From: Trichinella spiralis
Taxonomy: Eukaryota
NCBI RefSeq assembly: GCF_000181795.1
Contig: NW_003526943.1
Span: forward strand, 11,894,007 to 11,958,006
DNA: 64,000 nt
Reading direction: 5' to 3'
The notes under the pieces are model-generated. The model worked only from the letters and a program-made list of their open reading frames with translations, had not been told where the DNA came from and ran no database searches. The position numbers and the translations under genes were made by a program. Below, piece by piece: positions 1 to 13,955 of this stretch (the first letter of the stretch is position 1; each line of letters starts with the position of its first letter).

Positions 1-894
1 TGCCATTTACAGCAGCGTTAACACTGATCTGTTTGGAACTGCCTTCGATGTGAGTATTTCATTTTGTTTTCTTCTTTAGCAATGCTAATATTTGTTATTT
101 AGTGATGCAGTTTATTCTACGCTAAAGAAAAATCCATCTGAAGAAATGTTACTTATCATACTTGCAAAAACTGCAGCATGGTAAGCAATATATGGTTCAT
201 CCCTATTCATTCTCATAATCAGAATAAGTTTTAGCTATTTCTTTGGTTTTCAAGGTTCTCTGATAACAGGATGTAAAGAAACCGCTTTACTATATTTCAT
301 GATTTTTTTAATTTATGTAAATTACCTGATTATTAATTACTGCCATGCATGTGATAAGGTGAGATGCTTGGTTCAGATGTTGTGTTGCTCATTATTTCTC
401 ATCTGAAATTATTTCAGGCCCGTGCAGTGCAAAGTTTTAAATTATGTTTTGCTGTATGTGCATGTTTTCAGTGCTTTCTTTTATTCAACTGGAAAAATCC
501 AATTCTGATTTCAGCATTTAATATATATGCAACTGTATTCGTTGCTTTGAACGTCACATCTGCACTTTATAAAATAGTACTTTATATATGCTTTATGATA
601 ATTGACTCGATCCAGTAATGTTATTTTTCATTTTGCAGAAGAGAGCGATTGAAGAAAAATCAACGAAAAACTTTTCATTTTCAGAATGTAGTTTAAATTT
701 AATTTTTAACTTGCAATTAGCCGTTTATTCATTTTTCAATAGTGAACTCAGCAGAACTGTAAGACTTTTACCAAATATTTCTTACTTGCTATTTGTAATA
801 TAATTTTTTGCATTTTTAGAGCATTTTCATGGTATATGTAGCAATTTATGCCTGTGCAATGCTCTTAATGCAACTTTATCCGCAATCAAACTAA
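1..894 (+). CDS. 3' part of a multi-exon hydrophobic membrane protein, possibly a divergent MtN3/SWEET-like transporter (5' end outside the window)
   Basis: Short exons bounded by GT..AG. They translate to hydrophobic stretches (..FAVCACFQCFLLFNW..; KRAIEEKSTKNFSF..LAVYSFF; SIFMVYVAIYACAMLLMQLYPQSN*, stop 892-894). KST and terminal LYP resemble the SWEET second repeat; the family call is weak. Confidence 0.4.
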
Positions 895-2760
895 ACTGAA
901 TGCACAATATATGCAAACATTTAAGTACAACAACCCTTTATTCATAAAGCTTATTGAATGGCTGCTTATAATGGTTGCTGCACAGAATATTTACTTATTT
1001 CTAATCTTGTAAATTATCAGAATGCTATGAATTACTATTTTCTAAATTAATAAAATTAATATATCTAATAAATCATAAGCAATAAAACAGTGATTTATTT
1101 TCAGCACAGAGTTTAAGTATAACAAGAAGAAAATTAAAAATTAACTATAAAGTATCCATTTATTAGTTATAAAAAGCTATTTTTCAAAGATTGAAAATTT
1201 TTTTCAAAATATTCAGAATATGAATGTAATTTAAAACTGTAAATATATTAAATACAACTATCATCAGCACTGTCAAACAAGCTTACTAGTGCATTATAAA
1301 TATATACATTCATCAAGTATAAACTGATGAATTGTATTTTGCTATTATACAAAAAATTAAAATACATGCTCTGTATGATACTTTAGGTTTCAGAAAAATA
1401 TTCTACTAAAGTCTGAAGTTAAGTTGTTAATAATTTTAAGTTTAATTTACCAAAAAACTTTTACATCCTCATCCTACTGTCTACTATGTAAAAGCTCTAA
1501 ATCAATAGTGCACCTAAAAGACTAAGAGCTTTTTTCAATTAAAAAAACTATTAAAATTATGATGCGCATATTTATGATTTTTTGCAGTAAAGTTAAACTT
1601 CTTAATTTTTGAATGTTCAAATTAATATATTTCATTTTATTTATGTTTTGATAAAGTTTACAAATAAAAGCATAAATTTAACTTTGATTGAAAATGGCAC
1701 GTTATTAATTTAATTAAACGTTGTATTTTAATAAATTATTGTAAAATATTTTTCATATAGATAAGTACTAAAAATGCTATTATAGTTTAGTCTTTATTCA
1801 TTGCATAATTACTATAAGAATTTATCATTTTTACCAGTTTTGAATGAAAAGAGCAACGTTGATGTTTAATCAGAAAACAGAAGTTCTGTCAATCTTTCAT
1901 TGGTTGACTTCTGCTATTGTGATAGATGCCAATCTTTTACGAATGCTGTCATTTTGCTGTTGATAAAAATTATTAAACGCTGAGCTTTAAACGAATTGAA
2001 ATAATTACATTCTCTACATTGCATTTTCAAAATTGATTCAGCACACTGCATAGAGATGTTTCAGTGTAACAAAGAATTTCTTTTTTTCTTTAAATTTTTA
2101 TCAAATATTCATTAAACATTTCAAATTAAAATGTAAATGCAAATAATATGATGTTGAAAGAATTTAAGAAAAGTTAAAACATTTTCCGGGTAATTTTCAC
2201 CTTATAAAATATGCACATGTATATAAGCAGTATAATAAATATTTCTTTTCACCATGATCAACGCAAGTTTTTTGAAAAGCATTTTTTAAAAATAAATTTT
2301 AAATGGTTTAGAGTAATTGAAACGGTGCAGATCATTAAAAAGAAAATTTGTTTCCTTTTATATTACATTAGTACATTACTAATGAATGACATACTATGAT
2401 CTTATAAGAATAATTCAATTTAAAAAGAGAAAGAAAACTGAAAACACAAAGTTATAAATTAAATTTATTAAAATTGCAATAAGCATAAATGCAGAAATAT
2501 CATAAATGATGACAGAATTCATTTTCTTACAGATGTTACATTGTGCAATATTCATTAATGTCCAACAGAAATTTAAACCATCTTGTTCAATTTTAAACTT
2601 ATAAACTCATCATGGAAAATGTAAGCATTTCCAATTTTTATGTTCAAAGTAAGGAAAATTTTTGTTACATATTTTATTTTTACTAATTAATATGCTTACT
2701 GTTAAGAAGATAATGATAATTTGCAATAACTGTCTAAACAAATATCAGTACAGTTTGAAT

Positions 2761-2763
<3 letters not shown>

Positions 2764-2794
<31 letters not shown>
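2764..2794. repeat. (TA)n microsatellite
   Basis: About 15 consecutive TA units. Confidence 0.9.
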
Positions 2795-2800
<6 letters not shown>

Positions 2801-5800
2801 TAAATTTCTTTAAGTAACGACATTTACAATGCTGTTCAAGCATAATAATCTTTTGTCAGCAGATGTTTATTAAATTAAAAATGATAATCATATTATTTTC
2901 AAAAGTCCAGCTTTAAGATACAAATTCATCTACAAAATGGGTTCATTTTTTCTTTGGAAAATAAATAATTTCATTTATTAATGGACTATTTTAAAATGAG
3001 TTTGTACTTGTAAAATCTAAAATAAGCTAGAAAATTTTCAAATGAGTGAATTTATAAAGTTAATTACTGATAGTTTAATATTATTATAGCACCAGTAGAG
3101 GTGAATGTATGTAGCATCAAATGAATGCTGTGCTTCAATATATTTCAATAAAATTTTATATCATGCAGTTTATGACGCCACTTGAAGACTTATGGTTATT
3201 TATGATCAGCACTGTTTAACAAACGAATAAATTATTCGCGTGGCATTGTCTATGGACAGAGTTACAGTAAGGCACTTTAATCACAATCAGCTGCTATAAG
3301 TGAGAGAACGACAATCGAGGTGAGCTTGTTTAGGCGGTTCAGCTCTTTTATACTGACGCTTGATAATAGATTTTGTATAAAAGCCAAACCTGCGGGAAGT
3401 CGGCATGACAGCAAAACGGCTAGCCAGGCATTTGTAATTGACTGTTCAGAATATGGGATAAATTTCGATTTGTCTGATTCGCATCTTTTGCTTTGGTAAT
3501 GTTGTCTTGAATTCGGTGAAATCATTCTCTTGGGATGGGCATCTTCAACCTCATAATCGTGTCCCTAATCCGATGCTAATTACTTGTGCAGGATCGTTGG
3601 TCAGATCAGGCTCACGACTCGATTTCTGATAAAGCGTTCAATTTAGTCAACCATTAATAAAATTTTGTCCAGAAAATTGGATGTTGGAAATTGTGCGTCA
3701 AAACTGTTACCACAGCAAAAGCGCGTCTGCTTTGCTTTCATGTGGCGATCAAATTCTCTTTCAACTTACAACCGGGCACAGATCGCCAAAAACGCCACGT
3801 CATTCTGATCATCGTAATTGCTTGGCAAATTGATTCTAGCTAGCTAGCAAGTGAAATTCATCCTTCATACAACAGCTCAGAGTAGCTGTACAAAAACTGA
3901 AGTGTAAAAAAATTATGCATACACACCCTTAAAAATACACACATACATGTGTGAGTATTTGCGCTTATGAGTGTATGCATATTCTGTTATAGTGCTCATA
4001 ATACTATAAATTCCATTACAAAAATGAATAAGTGAACTTAAATTTGAAATTGATTTTTACTGTTAATATGAAATGCAATATTTAAATAATTATCTACTGT
4101 TGATTAAATTATATCAATGATTAACAACATTTTATTGCATGCAATTGAACCCATGTATGATTTTGCAAAATATAGTAGCTGATACTGAAATTGAGTTGTT
4201 TTATAACAAGAATATCTATTTTATAATATTTCAACTTTATCATGGCTTTTGTAATTATTGCCCTTGTAACCACTGACAAATAATAAATTAGTAATGATGA
4301 CAATAAATCTTTGCTGATAAAGTTGTGTGAAATTCTAAAAAATATTTCGGTTTAATTATTTATATATTTGAGTAATCTTATAAAAAATATTTTGCTAAAA
4401 AAATGTGTTTTATATAAAAACGATATTCCTTTCAAAAAAATTTCATGATTAACAATTTATGATATATTCCATTTAAGCAAGATCGTGAAATGCAGAATAT
4501 TTCATTTTAATATTGCACTTTAATTTTTTTATTTTCAAGTTCAAAAATTGTGTTCATTTTCTTAAATATAAATGTAAATTTATAAATACATTATAATTAT
4601 TGTACTGTACGGTATAAGCGGTGCATGTAACCTAATAAAATTCGAGCAAAATAAAAGTTACCATATGAATTATTAGATTAAAAAAGGCAAATTAAATTAT
4701 TATCAAAACAATTAAAGAACATCCTTATACTTTTCATTATTATTTCCTTTATAAAATGAATAAAAATAGTTTCCAGTTGATTCCCTTCTACTTGTTTCAT
4801 CTTTTTTTAATACTTTAATTTTAAAGTAACAGTTAAATTCGCATGCTCTTTATAAAATGGAGAAAATGTTTTCAAGCTTCTATTAAAATGTATTACATCG
4901 TCATTGTTTTCTTGTTTCAGAAATGATTAATTTTTATTGTACAAAGTATTTTATTAAAGTTTGCTGAAATTAATCAAAGTGAAATTTATCAAATAATTTT
5001 CAGCGTTTTAAAGTAAATGCTGAACATTTCATTTATAATTATAAATAAGTAGAGTTATGGAAATAAAATTATATTTAATAAAGTAAAATTTCAGTAAATT
5101 AATTTATACTGAACTGATAGAATAGTTTGAATTGCATTATTAATCATAAAATTATTATAAATATGCATTTTTAAATAAAATTTTCAATTTTTGAGCATTA
5201 ATAATGTTATTAATCTATTTACATTCCACATTCAGTAAGAGTTGAAGATGTTTCACTGGTTATGTAACTGTCTCAAATGCAGTTTATTTCTGAAAGATAT
5301 CAAGCTTGAATCAACGTTGAAATTAGGCAGAAAAAGTTTTCCAACAAACTTATTTCAACATTAAATGAAAAACAGATTTAGATTGTACATTTTGAAATAG
5401 ATAACAAAAAGAAGCGAATAAAGTTAGTTACTGCTATTGAAAGTAAAGAAAAGCATAGCTGAGATGTGCATTTTGTATGTTTTTGATGATTAGTAGCTTT
5501 ATCATGGCTATTATTGGCACCATATTGAGCATGGTTGGTCGCAGGTGGCCAAAATGTGTGGTTAAATTGAAATGTTTTGAGATGCAAATCAGAAAACAAA
5601 AAGTTCCTCATAGATGAAAGTGACAAGTGCCTTGCAGAATGATTGGATGTGGGCGGTGGAGGAAATTCAATTCAGTCGTTTGGTTCTGAATCGAATTAAC
5701 ACTTTATCCCACAGCGTTCCATAAACAATCATTGTTTTTCACACTGGCTGATCAGATAGCGAATACACTGGTGCTGCGGTAGGAAATCGAAAGATTGTCG

Positions 5801-6144
5801 AATGAATATATTATATAAGGCTTTGCTTTGCTTGCGAAAAAGGCGGAGTTAAGCTCCATTTCATTTCTACCAATCAGATGTAGCGTTGAAAGCGATCGAC
5901 ACCGAATTACTGCCACTGGTCAATGAGCTTAAATTAACAGGTCAGCGCAGACTAAGAAAAGCCATATCATACAGTAAAGCGAACAAGCAAAAACTAATCT
6001 TTAAACGTGCATTTGATTTCTCAGCTTTTACTTTTTCTACCATATCCATTCATTCATACTGTTATTACAATTGTTAAAATCTTCCAAAACAAAATTCGCT
6101 CTGTTAAACCTACTAAATTCGCCTACTAGAATACTTCACATCCA

Positions 6145-9100
6145 ATGGATGAAAAATTGGCTGAAAACTTAGATCAACAGTTGGAAGAAGCTTCTCCAAG
6201 TAAAGATACCGTTTCTTTGGAGCAAATGCCATCAAATCAAAGAATCATTGGAGGTGATGATGAAACAACAAACAAAACCAAGCTCACCCTACCTATTCAC
6301 AACTCTTCAGATTCTGATAAAATAGGTAAAAATTACTTTTTAAATAATAATTTCAGATATTTCATTATGTATTTCATTTTAATTAAGAAATTTTTTTACT
6401 TGTATTTTTTGTATAAAAATAATATCTGTTTGTTTTTTATGATATATTTTAGTAGATGAATATTTTTGCAATGATTTCAGTAGAATTTCTGAAGTAGAAG
6501 TAATTTGCATAGAAAAATGTTTTTTTCACATTTGCGAACAATAATTATTGCATTTATTTATCGCTGTAATAACAAGTTTGTACGAATAATAGTATTATTG
6601 TCATAGCAAAAAATAAGAAAAATAATATCTTGAAACATTAATTAAATGTATACTGTATTATTATTCCAGACGTTTTTTAAAGTTCAGAGTTGCATTTTTA
6701 ATGGAAAAATGACGAATATTGTCGCACCTGTTATTTGAATGCATTAGTTATGTTTTTTTCTTCATTTCATACTCATGAATACGTATGAAAAATATCTATA
6801 CCAATTCAAGATATAGCGTAAAGGTATGATTTCCATTCATATTTCATACAGTAGAGTGTTGACAACATATGGTGATAAGTCTTTATTGCACCATTGTTTT
6901 GTTGAGATGAAAAATATTCCATGAGCAGAGCATAAAGTGTTCAGATTTCATAATAATTGCGTTTCAGTTAATTGCTGTTCATAATGTGTGAACGTCATTT
7001 CAACAAAAAGACATTTTTATTTACACATTATATTTCACATGCTTAAAAAATAGAGCAAATAAACTGATGTGAAATTTGACAACGAATGCAATTTGTCTAG
7101 CAATCACTTTTGTATAGCTCAATGAAATTACATCATATTTTAATTATTTTAATATTTAATAAGAAATATGAATGGAAAAAACAGTTTCTATTTTGAAATT
7201 AAGATATCATTTCAAACTGCTCCATAACAATGGAAACTGATATTAGAAAGTGTTTTGCTAGTGCTGTCAATTGGAAATGCAATTGCAGCTGTCAGTTTAA
7301 CTGTAAGTCAAAATTTTCACAAGTTTTGGAAAGTTGGAGAAGTTATGAACAACAGTTAGCATAAAAGCTGAAAATTATAATTCATAATTCATTCTGCTTA
7401 AATGTTTTATAACAGTTGCTTCAAAGTGGATGATTTAAAAAATGAGCAAGTATAAGTAAACATAACATAACATGACATGCAATACCACGTATTTCATTTC
7501 ATTATAGAATAAATGTACTAAATGTGAATTAATTTTTATTTTTTCATTTTTATTTTAAGTGTAATTGATTTATTTGTCAAATTAATGACTTGTTAGGATA
7601 ACAGATCATGTGCCTGCAACTTATCATTTGCTTCTATTGTAAGAATAATGTTAATGCATCATTTGAAGACAATGATTAAATTCATATAAATTCTAAATCA
7701 GAATATGTTGTGATCATCATTATCATATCTTTATTTTCCTGCTTATTGATTCAAAGAGACAATACGACTGATAATTTTGCTAATACTAGATTTACAAATA
7801 CAAAATAAGAGACTAACCTGAACTGCAATGTTTTTATATATCATCACCACAAAATTTCAGAATGTGAGTAAGTATTAACTTATATAAACTTATTTTTAAG
7901 ATATCACTTGCACAATTTTGATAATTACATTTCTTCATATTTAATTATAAAAGGATTTATATATTTATATAAATATATTTATTCACATATTTATTTTCAT
8001 TTGCATCTTGCAATATTTTGCAAAAGCTTATTATGATAATTATGTAAATTTTACCTTTGAATTATTAAATTTAGCTATAAAATACAACATTGCATATATA
8101 CATTGCTTTAATTAGAATATTACATGCTAAATAGTAATAGTACAATTCGGTTTCTTATTCTTTAAAGTTTACTATGCATGTACGTGCACTTCTACCAGCA
8201 TACAGTCGCACGGCTTGCTTATCAACGCTTAATTTAAAAATTTTAAAGCATATACATTTGAGTAGTGCTTTAAAAGCTGCAGCGTCAAGAATTTTCAAAG
8301 TTTTGATTTATAAAAAAATTTAAATTGCCAATTGAAAATCAAATACGCAAAAATAAAGTCCTATAAAGTTGTGAAAATGCAAAATTTAACATAAAATATA
8401 TTTAAAAGTAAGCTTTTGGAAGAAATGACAATTGCCTAAATAAATTTGAAAAGATATGTCCTACCGTAGCATAATTTTTGCATTGTATTACAAATGTTTT
8501 ATCCAAAATTAATATCAAATTCAATAATGCGCAGCGTGTTTTTAAAGTGAATAGTTCTGGTTATAAAAATTCGAAAATTGCAGAAACTGTTTTTTGATTA
8601 GATTAGATTAAATTATACTTGCAGTGTGCAAAAGTTTAGTTGCAGTCCAGAATTATCTTAAGTTTATTAAATTTAAAAATGAAAAAAGTAAATCATTTAT
8701 TAAATTTATATTTAATGTGAAAGAATATTTGTAAGAAACCAATCAGATGGATTGCAAGAAAATTATCAAAAGAAGTAAGAATAAGTACAGTTTTGGTATA
8801 TTATTTAAAAGTATAAAAAAAATTTTTCTACAATAATTTATTCAAGATCATAAGCTTGTGCAACTTATAAACAAAAACAGTGATAAAATATATTTTCATT
8901 GCATGTTACTCAGAATAAGCTGTATAATTGTCTTGAGAAGCATTAAATTTGTTGAATTATTCTCCACTTATTTTTCCAATTATGAAAACTCAGTTAGGAA
9001 AGTGGGTAATAAACATATAAATATATAATAAATGAAAAGACTGAAATTCATCTTAGTTCAAAAATAAATATTTAAATAAAATATTCCAGCAGATGCGATA

Positions 9101-12100
9101 ACAGTAAAGTTTGGTTGAAATTTATAATTTTAAATATTAAAATGCAATAGATTGGATAGAATAAAAAAACAATTTTTATTGATATTTTTAATTTCTGAAT
9201 TTTACCCTTACTTCAAAGAGAAATAAATGCTTTGAAAGATTAAGCATATTTTGTTTGAATTGTAGTTGAAAAGTGAAAATTAATAATTGTGCTTTGCATT
9301 TTGTTCATGCCCACACTTAAGCCGGATTTGATTGAAATCGAGCGATCATGATCACCTGCTTTGGACAAACTAGAGGGATACTTTGTGCACCAATCTCCGA
9401 CTGAGAGCAAAATTATTGTTTGCAGCAGGGGATTAAAGGCTATTCTTGGCTTGTAACCGTTCGTGCGCAAAGGCAATTGCTTTTCTGAGCAACCAATTCT
9501 CGAATATATTCAAACGTTGCATAATCTGTACAAAATCATATATTGATAGTTGACATTTATCTCTTTAATATGCTTCTCTACTGAAAAGTTGATTTTCAAG
9601 CTGTGCCGTTTGCAGTATTTTCCAAAATTATGCCAACAATTTGCTACTTTTTAAATTATTCTTATTATAGCTTTATTAATAATTTTTTTACTCACTGATG
9701 AGTAAATATTTTATGACAATAAATGAAATAAAATTTGAAATCACTTCTGTGCATCCTACTGAAGTTAAACTTGCAGATAGCATGATTATTAAAAAATATT
9801 TAATCACTAATATAGCCGCAAATCAAATAGATTGATCCGCAAAACAATGCTACATTCGAAATCTGCCCCTGACTTGTGAATTGCAAATTGGAAAATAATT
9901 TCCAATTTTATTTTACTAAATTTGGAAATTACATTTATAAATATTTTAAATATGAAAAATCTAAATAAACATACAAAAAGAATTATATATTGCTTTTTGA
10001 TGTCATGTTTACAGTTAGTAAATAAAATTGTCTTCGTCGTATGTAATTTGATGAGATTGCATGGAAAAGGAAATTGCAATCTATTTAGAAGAGCATGATC
10101 TGAATACGTCTCTGCAATAAGTGATTTTTCAATTTTGTCTTTTTACATATATTATTGAATATTGTTTTCTGCATTTTAATCATCATCGTTTATTTACCAA
10201 GAAAAGATGGCCGAGGGATGAATTAAATTTACGAACAACGATGTTTGCTTACCAACATACGTAACGGCATACAACAAAAATTCCATTTGCCGCACAAACA
10301 GTCATTTTTCAACGCTTCATAACGAATGGTTAACAATATTGCATTAATTACTTTCTACTGCTTGCACCACTGCTGGCAGGTTTAAAAGATATTCCATTTT
10401 TCACTTTTCCCTTTCTCTTCATAAATGATAATCACGGGTAACATTCTATTTACTATTTGTTATTTATCAAATTTTTTACTTTATCATTTTTGACTTTCCA
10501 ATACAATTAATTGGAAAAAGTTTTTCAAAGTTTATGCTTTTTGATCTGCTATTCATCATTTTGATTTCTCATTTTGTGAGTTCTCATCTCATTTCTAAAC
10601 CAAATTATCTTTCATTGAATAATAATTCGTTGAAAAAAATTTGCTTTATTTCAAATTTATATGATTATATATATTTATCTTTTTTTGATCATGTATAACT
10701 TTATTAAAATTTTAAACAATTTTTATTCTTTAAAAGTTTTTTTAAATGTAAATTTCAAACACGGTTATCATTATTCTTTCATTTCTTCGCATTATTAAAC
10801 AATCTGATAAATAATAATCATAATAAATATTAAAAAGTTCTTTTATTTAATTTTTTTTTCATAATAAGCAAGTTAAATGTCAAATTCAACTAATTTTTAC
10901 AGTAATGATAAACAAATCTTTTTATAATCGAATCACATTTTAGCAGTTAATAATTTGCACATGGAAAAAGCAAACAAAACGTAAATATTCACTAATAGAA
11001 AATGTAAGAGCAAATTATAAAATAATGTTTGGTTTTTTCTTCAGAACGGTGAACAAACATTTATATCACAGATACAGACTGTCACTGACATGCGTAGTAT
11101 GCAATAAAATGAATTCGAATATTCAGCAAATAATATTTCCCTTCTTGTACTCCAATTCCAGTTATGCAAACGTTGACTGAAAGAACTATTTCAAATATTG
11201 CATTTTTCACTAATTTATTTTTTAAATTAAAATTAAAAATTCGTCTTTAATGCATTTCAGTTATATATATGTATATAATATGGAATAGAATAACAAACTG
11301 GCGGAAATGAATGTTTATCTGTTGTAGGACCATCGCACAAATGCACATACAGTTTTTTCTCATTTATGTTAAGGTGAATTAGATTTTACTTTAAAATATA
11401 ATTAATTTGGTAAAATTAAATAATTAAATTGTGGGATTGAGTTTTATAACATATAAGTGAAAAAAGTTGCTTGTTTTCATTTCTGTAATACAAATATGTC
11501 AAATATATTATGTCATATATAAAAAATGATGTTGTATAATTAAATTTTCCAATTGATTTTATGAATGGAAAAGCAAAACATCTCAAGTATGAAATATGAA
11601 TTTTTTTTCTTTTCATTTTCAGAAACGTTTGTTGAAGAGAACAACGACAACAGCAGCAAAAAGTCAAATATCAGAGGTGTGGAAAATTCCAAATCTTCTT
11701 ATTGCAAAACCACCGGACATATTCCTTTGAATTACATGAGTCCGAGCGCATTTTCACCATTGCCACTGCCTTCGAACTCATTTCCAACTTCTTTTCTCAG
11801 CACAAACTTTGGATCCACTGTTCACACGGTCAGAGAATTGGTCAGAAGTTCCAAAACGGCTTCCGAAAGTCAGATGGAATCTCCACTTGGAACAATGATC
11901 ATCCAACCTACTCCTGGAACAATTGTCAATCATACGTATTCCGCTTTTAAAACAAACACCAGCTCTTCTTCTGAAAGGAAATCTTCTCCACTACTTGTTT
12001 GTTCTGTCTGCGGCGACGCATCATCAGGAAAACATTATGGAATATTGGCATGCAACGGATGTTCTGGATTTTTCAAACGTAGTGTTCGTCGTAAGCTTAT

Positions 12101-13904
12101 TTACAGGTAAGCGAATAAAATCAGCAACTACAACAATAACAACAATGTTTTTTTCCTTTATCAAGTTAATTAAGTTGATTTAAAAATTTTCCAGTTTCAT
12201 AAATCATAATTTGTTGTTATTATTATTATTTAAAAAATAAAATTCGATTTGAAATTGTTTTCAGATGTCAAGCTGGAACGGGAAGTTGTTTAGTAGATAA
12301 AACTCATCGCAACCAATGCCAAGCATGTAGATTGAAAAAATGCATCGAAATGGGAATGAACAAAGATGGTAAATTGGATTTTTTGTCCAATCAAATAAAT
12401 TAACAATAATATTATCAATTCAAATGTACAATAATGATGAGATTTAATTCGATTTGTTTGCAAAAGTTTAGCAGTTCAAAACGAGCGTCAGCCACGTAAT
12501 ACGGCTACTGTGCAACCTACGATGGAGATGAGCATGGGTCTGATGGCCAACGAAAGAGCTTTACGTGAATACGCGAATGCGGTGTCAGCCGCATTCAGCG
12601 GAGGATCGACAGTCGCGATTGCCCCCACCCTTTGCTCTGCTTACTTCATGCCGCCTACGTCGACCCCGTGCACTGGTGATCTGCTTGTCAGCGTAGTTGG
12701 ACCAAATCGTCCAGAGTTTGCTGTAAATTCGATCTCAAATGACCGTGCAACAAGTGCAAAGACAAAATTTGCAACAAATTTACCAAATGCAGAATTGATA
12801 CCCCAGACGACAGATACAATTCGCCAAATCGGCAACGTCAACTCTGACGATACAGCGGATGTTGATCGCAGTGGCAATGCTGAATCCGGTGATTGTAAAT
12901 CTGCAGGTAATTTCAATTCTTTTCTACTTTTTAAATTATGGAAACAGACAAATTTGCAGAAAATGACTTAAATTATGCCACTTCTCCTGTACAAGATTCC
13001 GTTTATGAGACTTCCATGAGATTGTTGCTCATGGTCGTCAAATGGGCTAAGAGCTTACCTTCGTTCATGGCACTTTCGTTTCGAGATCAGGTGAAAATAT
13101 AGAAACAGTTGTGGTGTTTTTTTTGTAAAATTTGTACAACAGAGCCAAAATATACGCTTCCAGTTTAGAAATGCATTGTATAATTACTATTTGACTTTGA
13201 TTTGAATGAAATGAATCCATTATCAGGTGATTCTTCTGGAAGAAAGTTGGAGCGATTTATTTCTACTCACACTTTACCAGTGGTCAATGCCGATGGGAAG
13301 TTCAGCTCTGCTATCCCATTCGAGCTTTGTACAATTTGCCGGAGGCATCAATTCCAATATTTTCCGCCCATCTGATTTGAGATATTTGCAAGATTTGCTC
13401 GCGCGATTCAGAAGCTGCGCTCTCGATCCTGCAGAATTTGTCTGCTTAAAAGCGATTGCACTTTTTCGACCGGGTAAGAAAGAAGAATAAAAAAAAATAA
13501 TCGTAATCATTAACGTTCATTAATAAACGTTTGAAAGTAATTTCAAAAATAAACACGACAGTGAAATGATTTGAAAAAAATTTAACTTGCTTCAGAAGCG
13601 CGAGGTTTAAAAGACCCCGCACAAATTGAACTTCTCCAAGATCAAGCGCAGTACATGCTCATCCAGCACACTCAGATCAGTCAACCAAATCCAGCTCAAC
13701 GGTATGTAGATGGTTATTTGTTATTGGAAATAAACAATAATAATTAAATTGAATTGAATCGCGCTTTTCAGATTCGGAAGGTTGCTGTTAATGCTTCCCC
13801 TGTTGCGCACAGTCGGCACTGAGAAGATTGAAATTCTCTTCTTCAACCACGGCATACGATGCATGCAGATGGAAAAAATATTATGCGACATGTACAAAAG
13901 TTGA
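6145..13904 (+). CDS. fax-1: Nuclear receptor NR2E3 (PNR / unfulfilled / FAX-1 orthologue), 8 exons
   Basis: In-phase exons 6145-6325, 11623-12106, 12265-12368, 12472-12906, 12960-13090, 13227-13473, 13596-13701, 13772-13904. [45 protein letters not shown]...CRLKKC and T-box [13 protein letters not shown] are PNR-type. LBD includes [20 protein letters not shown] and [10 protein letters not shown], ending [11 protein letters not shown]. Exon 1 is assigned on phase match only. Confidence 0.9.
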
Positions 13905-13955
13905 ACAACAACATCGTAGATAATTGAATCATTTTTATTTTTCAAAAAAGTTTTA

